NCBI RefSeq assembly: GCF_963921235.1 | Contig: NC_086097.1 | Coordinates: forward strand, 182,406,001 to 182,470,000 | Origin: Mobula hypostoma | Taxonomy: Eukaryota | Direction of reading: 5' to 3' | Length of the DNA stretch: 64,000 nucleotides | In this document: in pieces, positions 48,577 to 60,966 of the stretch | Layout of the letters: each line of letters starts with the position of its first letter | Numbering within the stretch: position 1 is the first letter of the stretch | Position numbers and translations under genes: made by a program | Notes under the pieces: generated by a model | What the model saw: the letters and a program-made list of their open reading frames with translations, nothing else | What the model was told of the DNA's origin: nothing | Databases searched by the model: none

Positions 48577-49190
48577 ATTAGATTATGAAGACACGCAGTC
48601 CTCTTTTATTGTCATTTAGTAATGCATGCATTAAGAAATGATACAATATTTCTTCCGGTGTGATATCACAAAACACAGGACAAACCAAGACTGAAAAAAC
48701 TGACAAAATCACATAATTATAACATATAGTTACAACAGTGCAACAATACCATAACTTGATGAAGAACAGTCCATGGCACAGTAAAAAGTTCAAATTCTCT
48801 CAAATGTCCCACATCTCACGCAGACGGGAGAAGGAAGAAAAAAAATCCCTGCCATGCCCGACCACAGTCCGACTCTGAGTCATCCAAAAACTTCGAGCCT
48901 CCGATCAGCCCTCCGACACCGAGTACTGAGCACCATCTCTATCCGAACGATTCGACCTCAATCTCTGTTGCCAGCAACAGGTAAAGCCAGGGATTTTGGC
49001 GCCTTCCCTCCGGAAGATTTCTCGATCGCGTAGTAACAACGGCAGCGAACTGGCATTTCAGAAATTTCTCCAGATGTTCCTCTGTGCTTTCACGTCTGTC
49101 TCCATCAAATCAGAATTGTCCACGGCCCCTATTTAATGGATACGATATTATTTTCACCGGAGGGCTGCGCGCGCACGGTGCGCTGCTGTC
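48577..49190 (-). mobile_element. ~610 bp CpG-rich insertion in a CR1 fragment, with AATAAA and (AATCT)n tail
   Basis: CR1 sequence stops at ggactttggcaaggcttt and resumes at ctggtctggaaggtcaga; minus-strand 3' end aataaaagaggactgcgtgtcttcataatctaatct. Confidence 0.6.
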
Positions 49191-51097
49191 TCTGGTCTGG
49201 AAGGTCAGAGATCAAGGGATCCAGGCCAAGTTGGCAAAATGGATCCTCAACTGGCTCATGAAAGGAGGCAGAAGGCAGTGATGGAGGGTTGCTATTGAGA
49301 CTGGAAGCCTGTGATTAGCAGTGTACAAGAGGAATCAGTGCTGGGACCCTTGCTTTTATTATGTACAATGATGATTTGGGTATGGATAAAGGGAGCTCAG
49401 ATTGATAATTTTGCTGTTTACACAAAAATTGGTGTTGCTGATAGGCAGGAAGGTGATCATGGGAAAGGGAATGATATTAAGTGCCTGAGGATTGTAAACT
49501 CAGTCAGCTCCATCATGGTCACTAGCCTCCCTACCACTGAGGACATCTTCAAGAGGTGATGCTTCAAGAAGATGATGTCCCTCATTATGGACTCACACCA
49601 AGCCCTCATCTCATTACTATCATCAGGGAGGAGGTACAGGAGCCTGAAGACCCCACTCAACATTTTAGGAACAGCTTCTCCCCCCCAGCATCAGATTTCT
49701 AAGTGGTCCATGAACATCACCTCATGGTTTTGCTCTCTCTTTCAACTATTTATTTTGTCATTTTTAATATACTTATTGTAACTTATTTTTTACGTATTGC
49801 ACTGTACTGCTGCCGCAAACAGCAAACTTCACAACGTAATTCAATGATGATAAACCTGATTCCGATTCTGATCCATTGGTAAGATGGGCAGATGGAATTT
49901 AATCCTGATACTCTTCCGGATAACTAATGAGGATAGGACAAAGACCACGAATAGTAAGGCCTGAGAGAACACTGAGGAACCTCGGTCTACAAGTCCAATG
50001 ATCTCTGAAGATTGCAGTGATGGTGGAGAAAGCAAACAAATTATTTGCCTTCGTTAACTGGGGCAACAGCAGAGAAGTTATGGTACAACTTTGTAATTGG
50101 GCCACAGCTGGAATATAGTCTGGTCACCACACTATAAGAAGAATGTGACTGCACTGAAGAGGGTGCAGAGAGGATTCCTGGGTGGAGTGTTTCTGTTATG
50201 AAGATGATATAAATTCCCTGCTCCTATCCCAAAGCCCCAAAAACAATCCCAAGCACAAGCCCCCAAATACTCAATATGAGGAAAATGAATGAGTTCGAAT
50301 GGAGTATGGAGGCCATGCCCACTGGCTACAAATGGGAACTATGACATGGGGTAGAGTGTGAAGCGAGTTATTAGAGGGCATGGATTAGGACAGTACAGTG
50401 ATATTGTAATGTGTACTGAACTAAGCCTATTAGTAGTGTGGAGGGTAAAGTTCTGGAGTCAGGTGAGCCCACATCCTGTTCAGTACAATGACAAAGGGCT
50501 GACGTTCAAAGAATTAACGCATGGTTTACAAAGCAAGAAAACATAACAGGAAAAGAAGTACGGTGTATTTAAAAGGTGGTCATTAAAGACAGTTTAAAAT
50601 CAAAGGAAAAAGGTTCCTAATGTTTTCAAAATAGCCACAGACACAAAATTGAGAAAGCTACGAAATCCAAAACAGGAGGGTGGAGGAAACAATCAGGAAT
50701 GGTTGTTAGAGGAGATGGTAGGGTAGAGCTAGAGTGTGAGAGGTTTATGAGGGTTGGGAGCTTCTCCTTCAGTTGGTATCACTGCAGTTCACTGGCCTGT
50801 GCTGAGCTTCCCCACTACCACCCATTCCTCCTCCTCCCAACTCACACTTCCATCCCCTCCTCATTCACACTTCAACCCTCCCCTCTTCCTCACTCTCATT
50901 CATGCCTCCCCACTCCTATCTGCCCATCCCTTCCATCTCCCCACTCTGCCCCTGTTCTCTCTCCTCACTCCCACCCTCCCTTTCTATGCAGGGTCTGAGG
51001 ACAGACAAGGATCCTAGGGGATCCAGTGGCAGAGACAGAGGTACCATTTTGTAGGGGTCCACCCGGGATCCCAGGGCATCTATGGGTGTGCGGTTAC

Positions 51098-51150
51098 CTG
51101 TGCGCCGTCAGGTCTTTGTCCTTCTTCTTTGCACCTTTATCTTTGCCTTT
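51098..51150 (-). CDS. IQCA1L: IQCA1/DRC11-family exon (KGKDKGAKKKDKDLTAH)
   Basis: acceptor ctctctccag|AAA, donor AG|gtaacc; 53 nt; KDKDLTA.R motif. Confidence 0.85.
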
Positions 51151-51525
51151 CTGGAGAGAGAGGGAGACAGACAGATAGTGAGGCAGCAGTCAGTGTCACA
51201 ATGCACAGTGGTCAGGAGGACAGAGAGCACAGGGGTCAGGAATCAGTGCACGGGGGTTATGGGTCAGAGTGCATGGGGATCAGGGTCAGGTGATGCAAAA
51301 GGCTGGATTGCTGAATCTGATGGTGCCTGGTGCTGTCGACCAGCCTCAGATGTCGGTCACACCCTCCCTTCCCGCACTCCCCTACCCACTGATACTGGGG
51401 CTGGGGGTGGTGGGGTATCCCGGATGTGGGGGACATGGGGACCAGGGGTGAGTGGGTGAGGTTCTGGATCACATTACATAGATGTGGCATCTGACCCCCA
51501 CCGTGACCAGTGAACCCTGTCGTAC

Positions 51526-51621
51526 CTTCTTTGGCCTGGGCTTTGCTTTGAGTGGTTCACTGAAATCTTGTTCAATCGCCATTCGTAAATTCCTCAGCTC
51601 CTCCCTCATCAGTTCATCCAC
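51526..51621 (-). CDS. IQCA1L: IQCA1/DRC11-family exon (VDELMREELRNLRMAIEQDFSEPLKAKPRPKK)
   Basis: acceptor ggcag|GTG, donor AAG|gtacga; 96 nt; VDELMR.EL.NL..A motif. Confidence 0.88.
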
Positions 51622-52314
51622 CTGCCAGGGTCAGAGGTCACTGTCAGCAATGAATTCAGATCCCATGGGTGTTAGAGTCTGAAATATATTTGGCGCCCCA
51701 CTCCTTCCCAAGTTCACCCTGTCCAAGTCCCACCTGCCTTTCCTATAGGCTAACCCTAAGCCTGATCCCTGACGTAACACCTGACCTTCAACCTCTGTGC
51801 CCAAACACTAACGCTGACCTAACACTTGACTTTGACCCTGACCCCAAACCTCAACCCTTGACTCCAACCAGTGACCCCGATCATTGACCCAACACCAGAC
51901 TCTGACCCCAACCTTCAACCCTTGACCCAATTCAAGACCCAACATCCAACCTAACCTTTAACCCTCAACCCAACTCCGACCACTGACCTCTGAGAACAAC
52001 TATGATCCCTGCCCACTGCACCTACCATCCAATCCTAACCCTGACATGACAGCCGACCCCTGACCCCACCCGCATGCTGAGCGCCATTGTCACAGACCCT
52101 TCTGACCATTCAGTCCATGCTGACCATGGTGGCCACCCTTAACCTGTGGATCTGCCCTATTGCATCACTATCTCAAAACCACTTGAATTATGGTCACTAA
52201 AGCCAAAGTGCTCCTTGACTGCCACCTCAGTTACTTGTCCTGCCTTGTTCCAACAGAAGAGGTCCTATGTTGATTCCCCCTCCAGTAGGGTCCTCTGTAT
52301 ATTGACTCAGGGAT

Positions 52315-52975
52315 CTTTTCTTTCTTTTCAAATCTTCTTATTGTTATATTATACAAAAGAAATAACACAAGTACGTTGAAGTAACAACACTTACAATGTC
52401 TCAAAAAAGACATTATCTTAAAGATTGAAAAAAATTTGTGATAACAAAAAAAACCTACTAAGCAGAAAAAGTGGGGGAAAAAAAACCCATTAGGTGTACA
52501 ACCCCAGAGCCATGCGTCATACAAAAAGCTTCTAAAAATAAACATCAAACCACCAGCAAGAAAAGAAAATATACCAAAATATTTACAATGAGATTGTGAA
52601 AAGAATCTATCAATTAGCTCAAATGATAATAACGAGCAAATGAGCCCCATCTTTTCTCAAAATCAAATAAAGGTTCAAAGCTTCGACTTCTAATTTTCTC
52701 CAAACTAAGACATAGCATCACTTGAGAGAACCATTGTGACAAAGTGGGAGCTGATGTATCCTTCCACTTCAACAAAATGGCCCTCCTCGTTATCAATGTA
52801 ACAAATGCAATAACATGTTGGTCAGACACAGAAATACCATGGATATTTTGAGGAATTATTCCACAAAGCACAGTTAATTTATTAGGTTGTAGATTAATTT
52901 TAAGTGCTTTAGAAATTGTTGAAAAAACTGACTTCCAGAACTGTTCCAATATAGAATAAGACCAAAACATATGTG
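52315..52975 (-). mobile_element. L1-clade LINE ORF2 C-terminus and 3' UTR
   Basis: (H)MFWS..LEQFWKSVFSTIS...RRAILLKWK...PTLSQWFSQVMLCLSLEKIR...FEKRWGSF; T-rich 3' UTR and A-rich tail on the minus strand. Confidence 0.85.
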
Positions 52976-53579
52976 TCAGTGTAGCTATCTCAGTTTATCT
53001 TTTTTGGACACATTCATAAATTCCACCATTCAGGCCCTTGAAACCCTGGGTGGCACAGTCAGCACCAGGGGAATTAAACCCATTTCTCTACTACAACCCA
53101 GTTATTCTTACAGTTATGAGCAACTTCTCTATATACCTGCTCCTGTAATTTTCTCTGACTATTGCAGGTGGTGGGGAGGGGTCTATAATACAGCCCACTG
53201 GAGCTTTGAAGTTCTATCCACATGGCCTTGCTGGAATGTCCCTTAAGAATGTCATCTCTAAGCACTGTTGTTCTATCCTCCCTTATGAAGAAATCTGCTG
53301 CCCCTCCTCTCTGACTGGTACCTCTGTCATGTCTGTGGCATTGAACTACCAGCCCTTTCTCTCAGGCATGTTTCTGCTATGACTGGAACATCCCACTCCT
53401 CAGAGCCAATCCACACTGAGTTTGTCTGCTTTACCTGTTAAACCTTGAACATTGGAATAAATACATTTTTTACTGAATTCCTTTCCCTCCCTTCTCCGTG
53501 TTCCTGCTGGTATCCTTGCTCCTGTATGTCGGTGTGAACCTGCTGGTGTCCCTGCTGGTGTGGGTCAGTGGGTCAATAC

Positions 53580-53686
53580 CTGTTGACGGATCTCCACCTC
53601 CACTTCTTTCCTCTTCACCTCCTTCTCCAGCTCCACATCGTGTTGCTGCTGTAAGTTGGAGGAGTCGTCCCGTTCCTTCCACACGG
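53580..53686 (-). CDS. IQCA1L: IQCA1/DRC11-family exon (VWKERDDSSNLQQQHDVELEKEVKRKEVEVEIRQQ)
   Basis: acceptor ctaccccag|CC, donor CAG|gtattg; 107 nt; W..RD.S.N..Q..D.EL....KRKE...EIR.Q motif. Confidence 0.88.
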
Positions 53687-54493
53687 CTGGGGTAGAAGGA
53701 GTGGTCAGTGCTCATCTCCAACCCCTGAACACCCTCCTCCCTTCCCTCAACCCTGACCCGTGACCCCATCAACCTGATTCAAACTACCTCCTCTCCTCTC
53801 TGATTCCACCTGACCCTTGAACACACTTCACCTCCCTAACCCCTAACCCCTGACCCCAAACTCTCCTCCCCGGTCCCTAACCCATGCATCCAAGCCCTCT
53901 CTGGGAGAGATGAACTGGTCAGGGATTGTCACTGACCTCTTGACCCTCATGCCTCCCCCACTTGCTATCCCTCCCCTGACCCTGCCACCCAAGTCCTCTG
54001 ATTCCCCTCCCCCTGACCATTGCAGCAACACCCCTGACTCCTTACCCAACAACCTCACTCTGTTGCCCTGACCTCTTCCCACACTGGGCACCACTGGATC
54101 TCAGTCTTCTCCTGGGTGGGGCATCTCAGTGGGAACTGGGGGAAGGGCCCTCCCCTTCTCCCTTTGAGAGGGTGGCCCCCTGTGGGCTGGAGATTGGACA
54201 GGTTGTCCTGTGGGTGGGTTGTCCTTAGCCTGAGGGCACATTAGAGGGTAAAACTCAAAGGGGACGAGGTACATTCAGAGGGAAGGTGATGAGGGATGTG
54301 GGCAAACATGGGCATTGGGACCTGTGTAGATACTCACCATGGTCAGCACAGGAGAGATGGGACAAAGGGGCTAATCATGTGAATAAGATGTCCCAAGTCT
54401 GAATCCAAACGGCCCATCCCAGGTACACCCAGATCCACCTGACTGACCCAGGTACACCCACTCCCCTCTGCCCAGAGTCACCGTGCTCTGTAC

Positions 54494-54557
54494 CTGTGTA
54501 TGTTTTGTGTTCCTTGGCAATATCAGAGAGGAACTTGGAGATACCCTCTGGTTTCGG
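54494..54557 (-). CDS. IQCA1L: IQCA1/DRC11-family exon (PKPEGISKFLSDIAKEHKTYT)
   Basis: acceptor gatttcag|CCG, donor G|gtacag; 64 nt, supplies the phase 0 to 1 change the next exon needs; S.FL......Y pattern of the family. Confidence 0.75.
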
Positions 54558-54914
54558 CTGAAATCACATAACACACATAAGTTGTTATCTACCATATGCA
54601 CAGCCCTATGTACTGTAAACACTATACACAACTCAGTGCATGGCACCTGTATACTGTAAACATTGTACACAGTGCAGTAATCAGATCTGTGTACTAAAGT
54701 GTGCAGTGTCTACACAATACCTTGCACTGTCGACGCTGCACACAACACAGTGCACGGACCTGTGATTTGTAAACTCGGCACACAGTGCAGTGCACAGGCT
54801 TATTACTGTAAGCACAACCCACAGTGCAACTCGTGGACCTGTGTGCTGTACTATAAAGACTTCACACGGCATGGTTCTGTTTCCAGTCTAATTATATCCT
54901 TCCTATAACAGGGT

Positions 54915-55500
54915 ATCCAAACACCATTTTCTCCACCCTGTCTACCTGTGACACTACTTTCAATGAACTATGCACTGTACTCCTAAGTCTTTCTGTTCCA
55001 TTATACACCCTAGTCCCCAGCTATTCATAATACAAGTCCTACACAGCTTTGACTTTCCAAGCTACATCACCTCACACTTCCCTATATTGAAACCCATTTG
55101 TCACTGCTGGGCCTATTTCCCTATCTGATCAATGCCTGTAATCTATGGCAACCATCTGCACGGTCAACAACTCCCCCTAATTTTGTTTCATCTGCAAACC
55201 AACTGATCAAGCTTTGTGCATTTGCATCCAAAACACATATAAATATTGAATAACAAGGGTCCCAACACCAACCCCTCTGGGCACATGTCTGGTCACCAGG
55301 CTCCACTTCAAGAAACTGTCTTCAACCACCTTTCTCTGCTTCCTAACTAGAGTTAATTTTGAATCCATCCAACTAGCTCTCTCTGGATTCCATGAGATCT
55401 AACCTACCAGACCAACCAACCATGCCCTACTTTGTTGAAAGCCTCGTAAAGTCAAAATTGACAACATCCACTGCTCTACCCACATCTACCTTTTGGTTAC
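54915..55500 (-). mobile_element. CR1 RT fragment
   Basis: ISWFADETKLGGVVDRADGCHRLQ. Confidence 0.75.
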
Positions 55501-55699
55501 ATTGGGCAACACAGATGTTGCTTCCTGAATACTTTTGGGTGTACCTTATGGAATTTGGGCTGCTGATCATGGAAATTATCATGAAATTTCCCCATCACTG
55601 ACTATAATTTTGAAATCACCTATATTTGTTATTTCAATTCATAATTCCGGACAGAATAAATGATACAAGCCTCTCAACAGTAACTGGGATGTGTACTGC

Positions 55700-58275
55700 A
55701 GATTACAACAGGAAATAGAAAAGGTGTGTGAAAAGGGCAATGTTATAATATTCATGGGAGATTTTAACATGCAGATTGATGTTAAAACTTCCCTTGACTA
55801 TCATATCAGGTTGGTAATGGATCTCAAGAGAGAGAGTTTGTTGAATGCCTACAAGATGGCTTTTTAGAGCAATTTATCATTGTGCCTACAAGGGGATCAG
55901 ATATACTGGATTGGGTGTTATGTAATGAACTGGAGGCGATTAAGGAGCTTAAGGTAAAAGAGCCTTTAGGAACCAGTGATCACAATATGATTGAGTTCAA
56001 TTTGAAATTAGATAGGGAGAAAGTAGAGTCTGACATAGCAGTATTTCAGTGGAGTAAAGGAAATTACAGTGGTATGAGAGAGGAGTTGGCCAAAGTAAAT
56101 TGGAAGGAGCTTCTGGCAGGGATGACAGCAGAGCAGCAATGGTGAGACTTTCTGGGAAAATGAGGAATGTGCAGGACAGATGTATTCCAAAAATGAAGAA
56201 ATACTCAAATGAAAAAATAGTACAACCACGGCTGACAAGGGAAGTCGAAGCTAATGTAAAAACAAAAGAGAGGGCGTAAAACAAAGCACAAATTGGTGAG
56301 AAGATAGAGGATTGGGAAACTTTTAAAAACCTACAGAGCAACTGAAAGGATCATTAGAAGGGAAAAGATGAAATATGAAATCAGGCTAGCAAACAGTATC
56401 AAAGTGGATAGTAAGCTTGTTCAAGTATGTAAAAAATGAAAGAGAGATAAGAGTGGATACAGGACTGCTAGAAAATGAGGCCCGAGAAATAATAACAGGA
56501 GACAAGGAGATAGACACTGTGGAAGACACTAACAGTGTGTCAGATGTAGTAGTGTGTGAAGGGAGAGAAGTGAGTGCAGTTACTTTTACAAGAGAGAAGG
56601 TGATCAAAAAGCTGAAAACTATGGGGACGTAAGTCACCTGGACCAGATGAACTGCACCCCAGGGTTCTGAAAGAGATAGTGTTAGATTTTGGAGGCATTA
56701 GCAATGATCTTTCTAAAATCATTGGACTCTGGCAAATGTCACTCCACTCTTTAAGAAAGGAGGAAGGCAGCAGAAAGGAAATTATAGACCCGTTAGTCTG
56801 ACCTCAGTGGTTGGGAAGGTGTTGGATTCAGTTGTTAAGGATGAGGTTGTGGACTACTTAGTGACACAGGACAAGATAGGACAAACATGGAAACATCGAA
56901 AACCTACAGCACAATACAGGCCCTTCAGCTCACAAAGCTGTGCTGAACATGTCCTTACCTTAGAAATTACCTAGGGTTACCCATAGCCCTCTATCCAGGA
57001 ATCTCTGAAAATACCCCATCGTATCTGCTTCCACCACCGTTGCCGGCAGCCCATTCCACACACTCACCATTCTCTGTGTAGAAAACTTACCCCTAACATC
57101 TCTGTACCTACTTCCAAGCACCTTAAAACTGTGCCCTCTCGTGATAGCCTTTTCAGCTCTGGGAAAAAGCCTCTGACTAGCCACACGATCAATGCCTCTC
57201 ATCTTCTTATACACCTCTATCAGATCACCTCTCATCTTCCATCGCTCCAAGGAGAAAAGGCCGAGTTCACTCAACCTATTCTCATAAGGCATGCTCCCCA
57301 ATCCACGCAACATCCTTGCAGGTCTCCTCTGCATCCTTTCTATGGTTTCCACATCCTTCCTGTAGTGAGGTGACCAGAACTGAGCACAGTACTCCAAGTG
57401 GGGTCTGTCCAGGGTCTGATAAAGCTGTAGCATTATCTCTCGGCTCCTAAACTGAATCCCATGATTGAAGAAGGCCAATGTACCATATGCCTTCTTAACC
57501 ACAGAGTCAACCTGCTCAGCATCTTTGAGTGCCCTATGGACTCAGACCCCAAGATCCCTCTGATCCTTCACACTGCCAAGAGTCTTACCATTAATACTAT
57601 ATTCTGCCATGGTATTTGACCTACCAAAATGAACCACTTCACACTTATCTGGGTTGAATGCCATCTGCAATATAAAAGCAAGGATGTAATGTTGAGGCCT
57701 TATGAGGTATTGGTGAGGCCTCACATGGAATATTGTGAGCGGTTTTGGGCTCCTTATCTTAGAAAGGATGTGCTGACGTTGGAGAGGGTTCAAAGGAGGT
57801 TCACAAAAATGATTCTGAGATTGAAAGGCTTGTCATATGAGGAGTGTTTCATGGCTCTGAGCCTCTACTCATCGGAATTCAGAAGAATGATGGGTGACAT
57901 TGAAACACATTGAATGTTGAAAGGCCTCGATAGAGTGAATGCAGAGAGGATTTTTTTTTATGGAGTCTAAGACCAGAGAACATAGCGTCAAAATAAAGGG
58001 GCATCCTTTTGAACAGAGGTGAGGAGGAATTTCTTGAGCCAGAAAGTGGAGAATCTGTGGAAATTGTTTCCACAGGCAGCTGTAGAGACCAGGTCATTGG
58101 ATATATTTAAGGCAGAGGTTGATAGATTCTTGACTAGTCAAAGCATGAAGGGATACAGTGAGAAGGCAGGAGATTGGGGCTGAGAGGAAAATTGGATCAG
58201 CCATGATGAAATGGTGGGGAAGACTCAATGGGCCAAATGGTTTAATTCTGCTCCTATATCTTATGGTCTTATGGT
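55700..58275 (+). mobile_element. CR1 LINE (endonuclease end to 3' tail) with a nested antisense CR1 at 56886-57665
   Basis: PTRGSDILDWVLCN...LGTSDHNMIEF (plus); ORF 56960..57502 RPHLEYCAQFWSPHYRKD (minus); RPHMEYCERFWAPYLRKD (plus). Confidence 0.92.
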
Positions 58276-58441
58276 CATGAATCAGAATCAGGGTTATTAA
58301 CACTAACATATGTCATGGAACTTGTTATTTAGCTGCAGCAGCTCAATGCAGTTGTATGCCCTGTGTACAGGGCATGACACAGTCCTGTACACTGTGTGCT
58401 GAGTGGAGGATACAGCATTCAACATGTGGACACAGCCTCAC

Positions 58442-58543
58442 CTCCGCACCCTTCTTCTCCTGAGGCACCGTCTCCTTCTTTGAACGCTTATTTGCTGCCT
58501 GACGTTCCTTCTCCTCAGCTTCTGCTGCCATTTCAGCCAATAG
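58442..58543 (-). CDS. IQCA1L: IQCA1/DRC11-family exon, charged linker (LLAEMAAEAEEKERQAANKRSKKETVPQEKKGAE)
   Basis: acceptor gttgtag|CTA, donor GAG|gtgagg; 102 nt in phase. Confidence 0.75.
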
Positions 58544-59364
58544 CTACAACAGCAATTCCAGATGTTAGCAGAGATTAGAGTCAACACATCTGTCTCCTCA
58601 TTCCTCTCACAGCCCCAGTTACTCGGACTGAATCTGACCCCAAACCCACCCCTGATCCCAGCCCCAGTCCCAATCCCAGGCTCAACCCTAACCCTAACTT
58701 CTACAACTGCTACACACACACGCACACCCCAGTAATGTCAGGACAATGAGTAGAAAAATTAGAACTTGCTGTTGCAGTTGCATAAGTCATTGGTGAGGCT
58801 GTATTTGAAGTACTGTTTTGGTCACACTGTTGTAGGCAAAATGTGGTTGAACTGGAAAGAGTGCCAAGAAGATTTATGAGGATATTGACTGGATGAGAGG
58901 GTCTGTGCTATAGGCTAGGTCTTCATTCCCTGGAATGAGGGGCAAACTTATTGTCATTATAATATCATGAAGGACATAGGAAAAAGTGGATAGTAATAAT
59001 CTTTTCCTCAGGGTAGGGAAGTCCAAAACTCAGGCCATTGGTTTTGGATAAGAGGAGACAGATTTAAAAGGGATTTGAGGGGCTCCTTTTCACACAGAGG
59101 GTGGTGAGTATATGGGATAAGCAGTCAGAGGAAGTGGTTGAGGCAGGTACAATATATCACTTAGGAAGCTCTTGCATGGGTACATGGAGGGACAAGGCTT
59201 GAAGGGATCTGACCCTAGCGCAGGAAATTGGGATTAGCTGGCTGGGTATTTTGGTTGGGGCAGAATGTGCTATATCCACATTGACTCTGTGATTCTAATG
59301 CAACCACACATTGACCACCCAACCCCCAAACTCCCCCGATGCCCACTCCTGGCTCAGACAGGAC

Positions 59365-59449
59365 CTGCTCTGGTGTTTTCTCGGTGAAAATGATCTCCGA
59401 GCCGCCTTGTTCCACACTGGGAAAATCGGGGAATTTACCGGTGGAATTA
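59365..59449 (-). CDS. IQCA1L: IQCA1/DRC11-family exon (NSTGKFPDFPSVEQGGSEIIFTEKTPEQ)
   Basis: acceptor ttttcccacag|T, donor CAG|gtcctg (weak); 85 nt, phase 2 to 0; TG.FP.P..E.GGS motif. Confidence 0.85.
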
Positions 59450-59744
59450 CTGTGGGAAAAGCAGAGCGGAGTGAGGGGCTGGAAGGAGAGAGGTGTGGGA
59501 GGGGTTAGGGTACGAAGGGGAGGTGAAGGACGGGATGATGGGGAGGGGCAGAGGATTAAACCCACCCACTCCCACCCACCCCAACCACTGCCCCAGGGGG
59601 GAGTGGCGGAATGGAGAGCCCTGGGGTGGGAATGGAACTGTACATCCCCCTCCCTCTTAACGTCCATCTTAACACCGTTAATCTGCTCCCAGCACCCACA
59701 CCTGCAAGTGTGACCAGACCTCAGCAAACTATTGCCCTTCCCTC

Positions 59745-60450
59745 CAGGCCTTCACCCATCTCCTTCCTCTCTCCAACTCCTGCTCCTTCACCCATCCCCT
59801 TCCTCCCTCCAACCCCAGGTCCTCACCCATCTCCTACCCTCCCTCCAACCCCAGGTCCTCACCCATCCCCTTCCTCCCTCCAACCCCAGGTCCTCACCCA
59901 TCTCCTTCCTCCCTCCAACCCCAGGTCCTCACCCATCTCCTTCCTCTCTCCAACCCCAGGTCCTCACCCATCCCCTTCCTCCCTCCCTCAGGGTCCTCAC
60001 CCATCCCCTTCCTCCCTCCAACCCCAGCCCCCTCTACTATCCCGTTCCTCCCTCCAACCCCAGGCCCTCACCCATTCCCTTCCTCCCCCCAACCCCAGGT
60101 CCTCACCCATCCCCTTCCTCCCTCCCTCAGGGTCCTCACCCATCCCCTTCCTCCCTCCAACCCCAGCCCCCTCTACTATCCCGTTTCTCCCTCCAACCCC
60201 CGGTCCTCACCCATCCCCTTCCTCCCTCCCTCCAGGCCCTCACCCATCTCCTTCCTCTCTCCAACCCCAGGCCCCTCACCCATTCCCTTCCTCCCTCCCT
60301 CCAGGCCCTCACCCATCCTCCCTCCCTCAGGTCCCTCACCCATCCCCTTCCTCCCTCCAACCCCTGACCCCTCATCCACCCCCTTCTTCCCTCTCTCCAG
60401 TCCCTCACCCATCCCCCTTCCTCCCTCCAACCCCAGGCCCCTCACCCACC
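59745..60450. repeat. C/T-rich minisatellite (~41 bp, ccaaccccaggtcctcacccatccccttcctccct)
   Basis: tandem imperfect units; source of the Pro/Ser-rich ORFs 59611..60753 and 59732..60367. Confidence 0.9.
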
Positions 60451-60760
60451 CCTTTTCCCCTACTCCTACTAATCCGTCTTACATTTTCTTCCCTTCTACA
60501 CTCAGTCTCTCACCCATTTCCTTCTTCCCTCTTCCCACTCCTGGTCCCACACCCATCTCCTCCCCCTCCCTACCCCTTCCATGCAGAAATCTGCTCAGAG
60601 GTCCCCCTGACCAGTAGAAATGTTAGCCCCCATCCTCCAAGGTGGAACTTCACCATCTCCAGCCTCCCCCCCGTCCCCCTTATCCTATGGCACGCTGCCC
60701 AGCCCTTGGGGTCTCCCATGGTGTGGAGGTGGAGTCCCAGTGAAAGGGAGTGAGGCTCAC

Positions 60761-60966
60761 TAGCACTCGATGAACCAGTTGCGGATCTGGTCCCTGAGGG
60801 TCTCCTTGATGTCGGGACCCTCTGTGTCCATCACCAGCTGCTTGATGCGGTCTTGGTCTCTGACGAACTCTGCCCAGTGCCGCCGCTGTAACTCATGCAT
60901 CCTTTCTGCAGCCTCCTCCGCTGCCACCGAGGCGGCTCCTGGCTTCTCCGTGTCCACACTGGGGAC
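60761..60966 (-). CDS. IQCA1L: IQCA1/DRC11-family exon, most 5' found (VPSVDTEKP...EGPDIKETLRDQIRNWFIEC)
   Basis: acceptor acag|GTC, donor TA|gtgag; EGPDIKE.L.DQIR.WFIEC motif of IQCA1; paralog inferred from adjacency to ASB10. Confidence 0.85.

Noticed and set aside
51750..52070. CCCTAA/CCTGAC-like repeats as interstitial telomere (also 53750-53880)
   Set aside because: Only scattered degenerate hexamers, with no run of perfect (CCCTAA)n.
55500..55680. Possible DNA-transposon terminal fragment between CR1 pieces
   Set aside because: Only a vague resemblance; no partner inverted repeat or transposase is visible in the window.
59611..60753. 380-aa Pro/Ser-rich ORF resembling extensin or mucin
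   Set aside because: It is the translation of a C/T-rich minisatellite, antisense within an IQCA1-like intron; the lack of stops is compositional.
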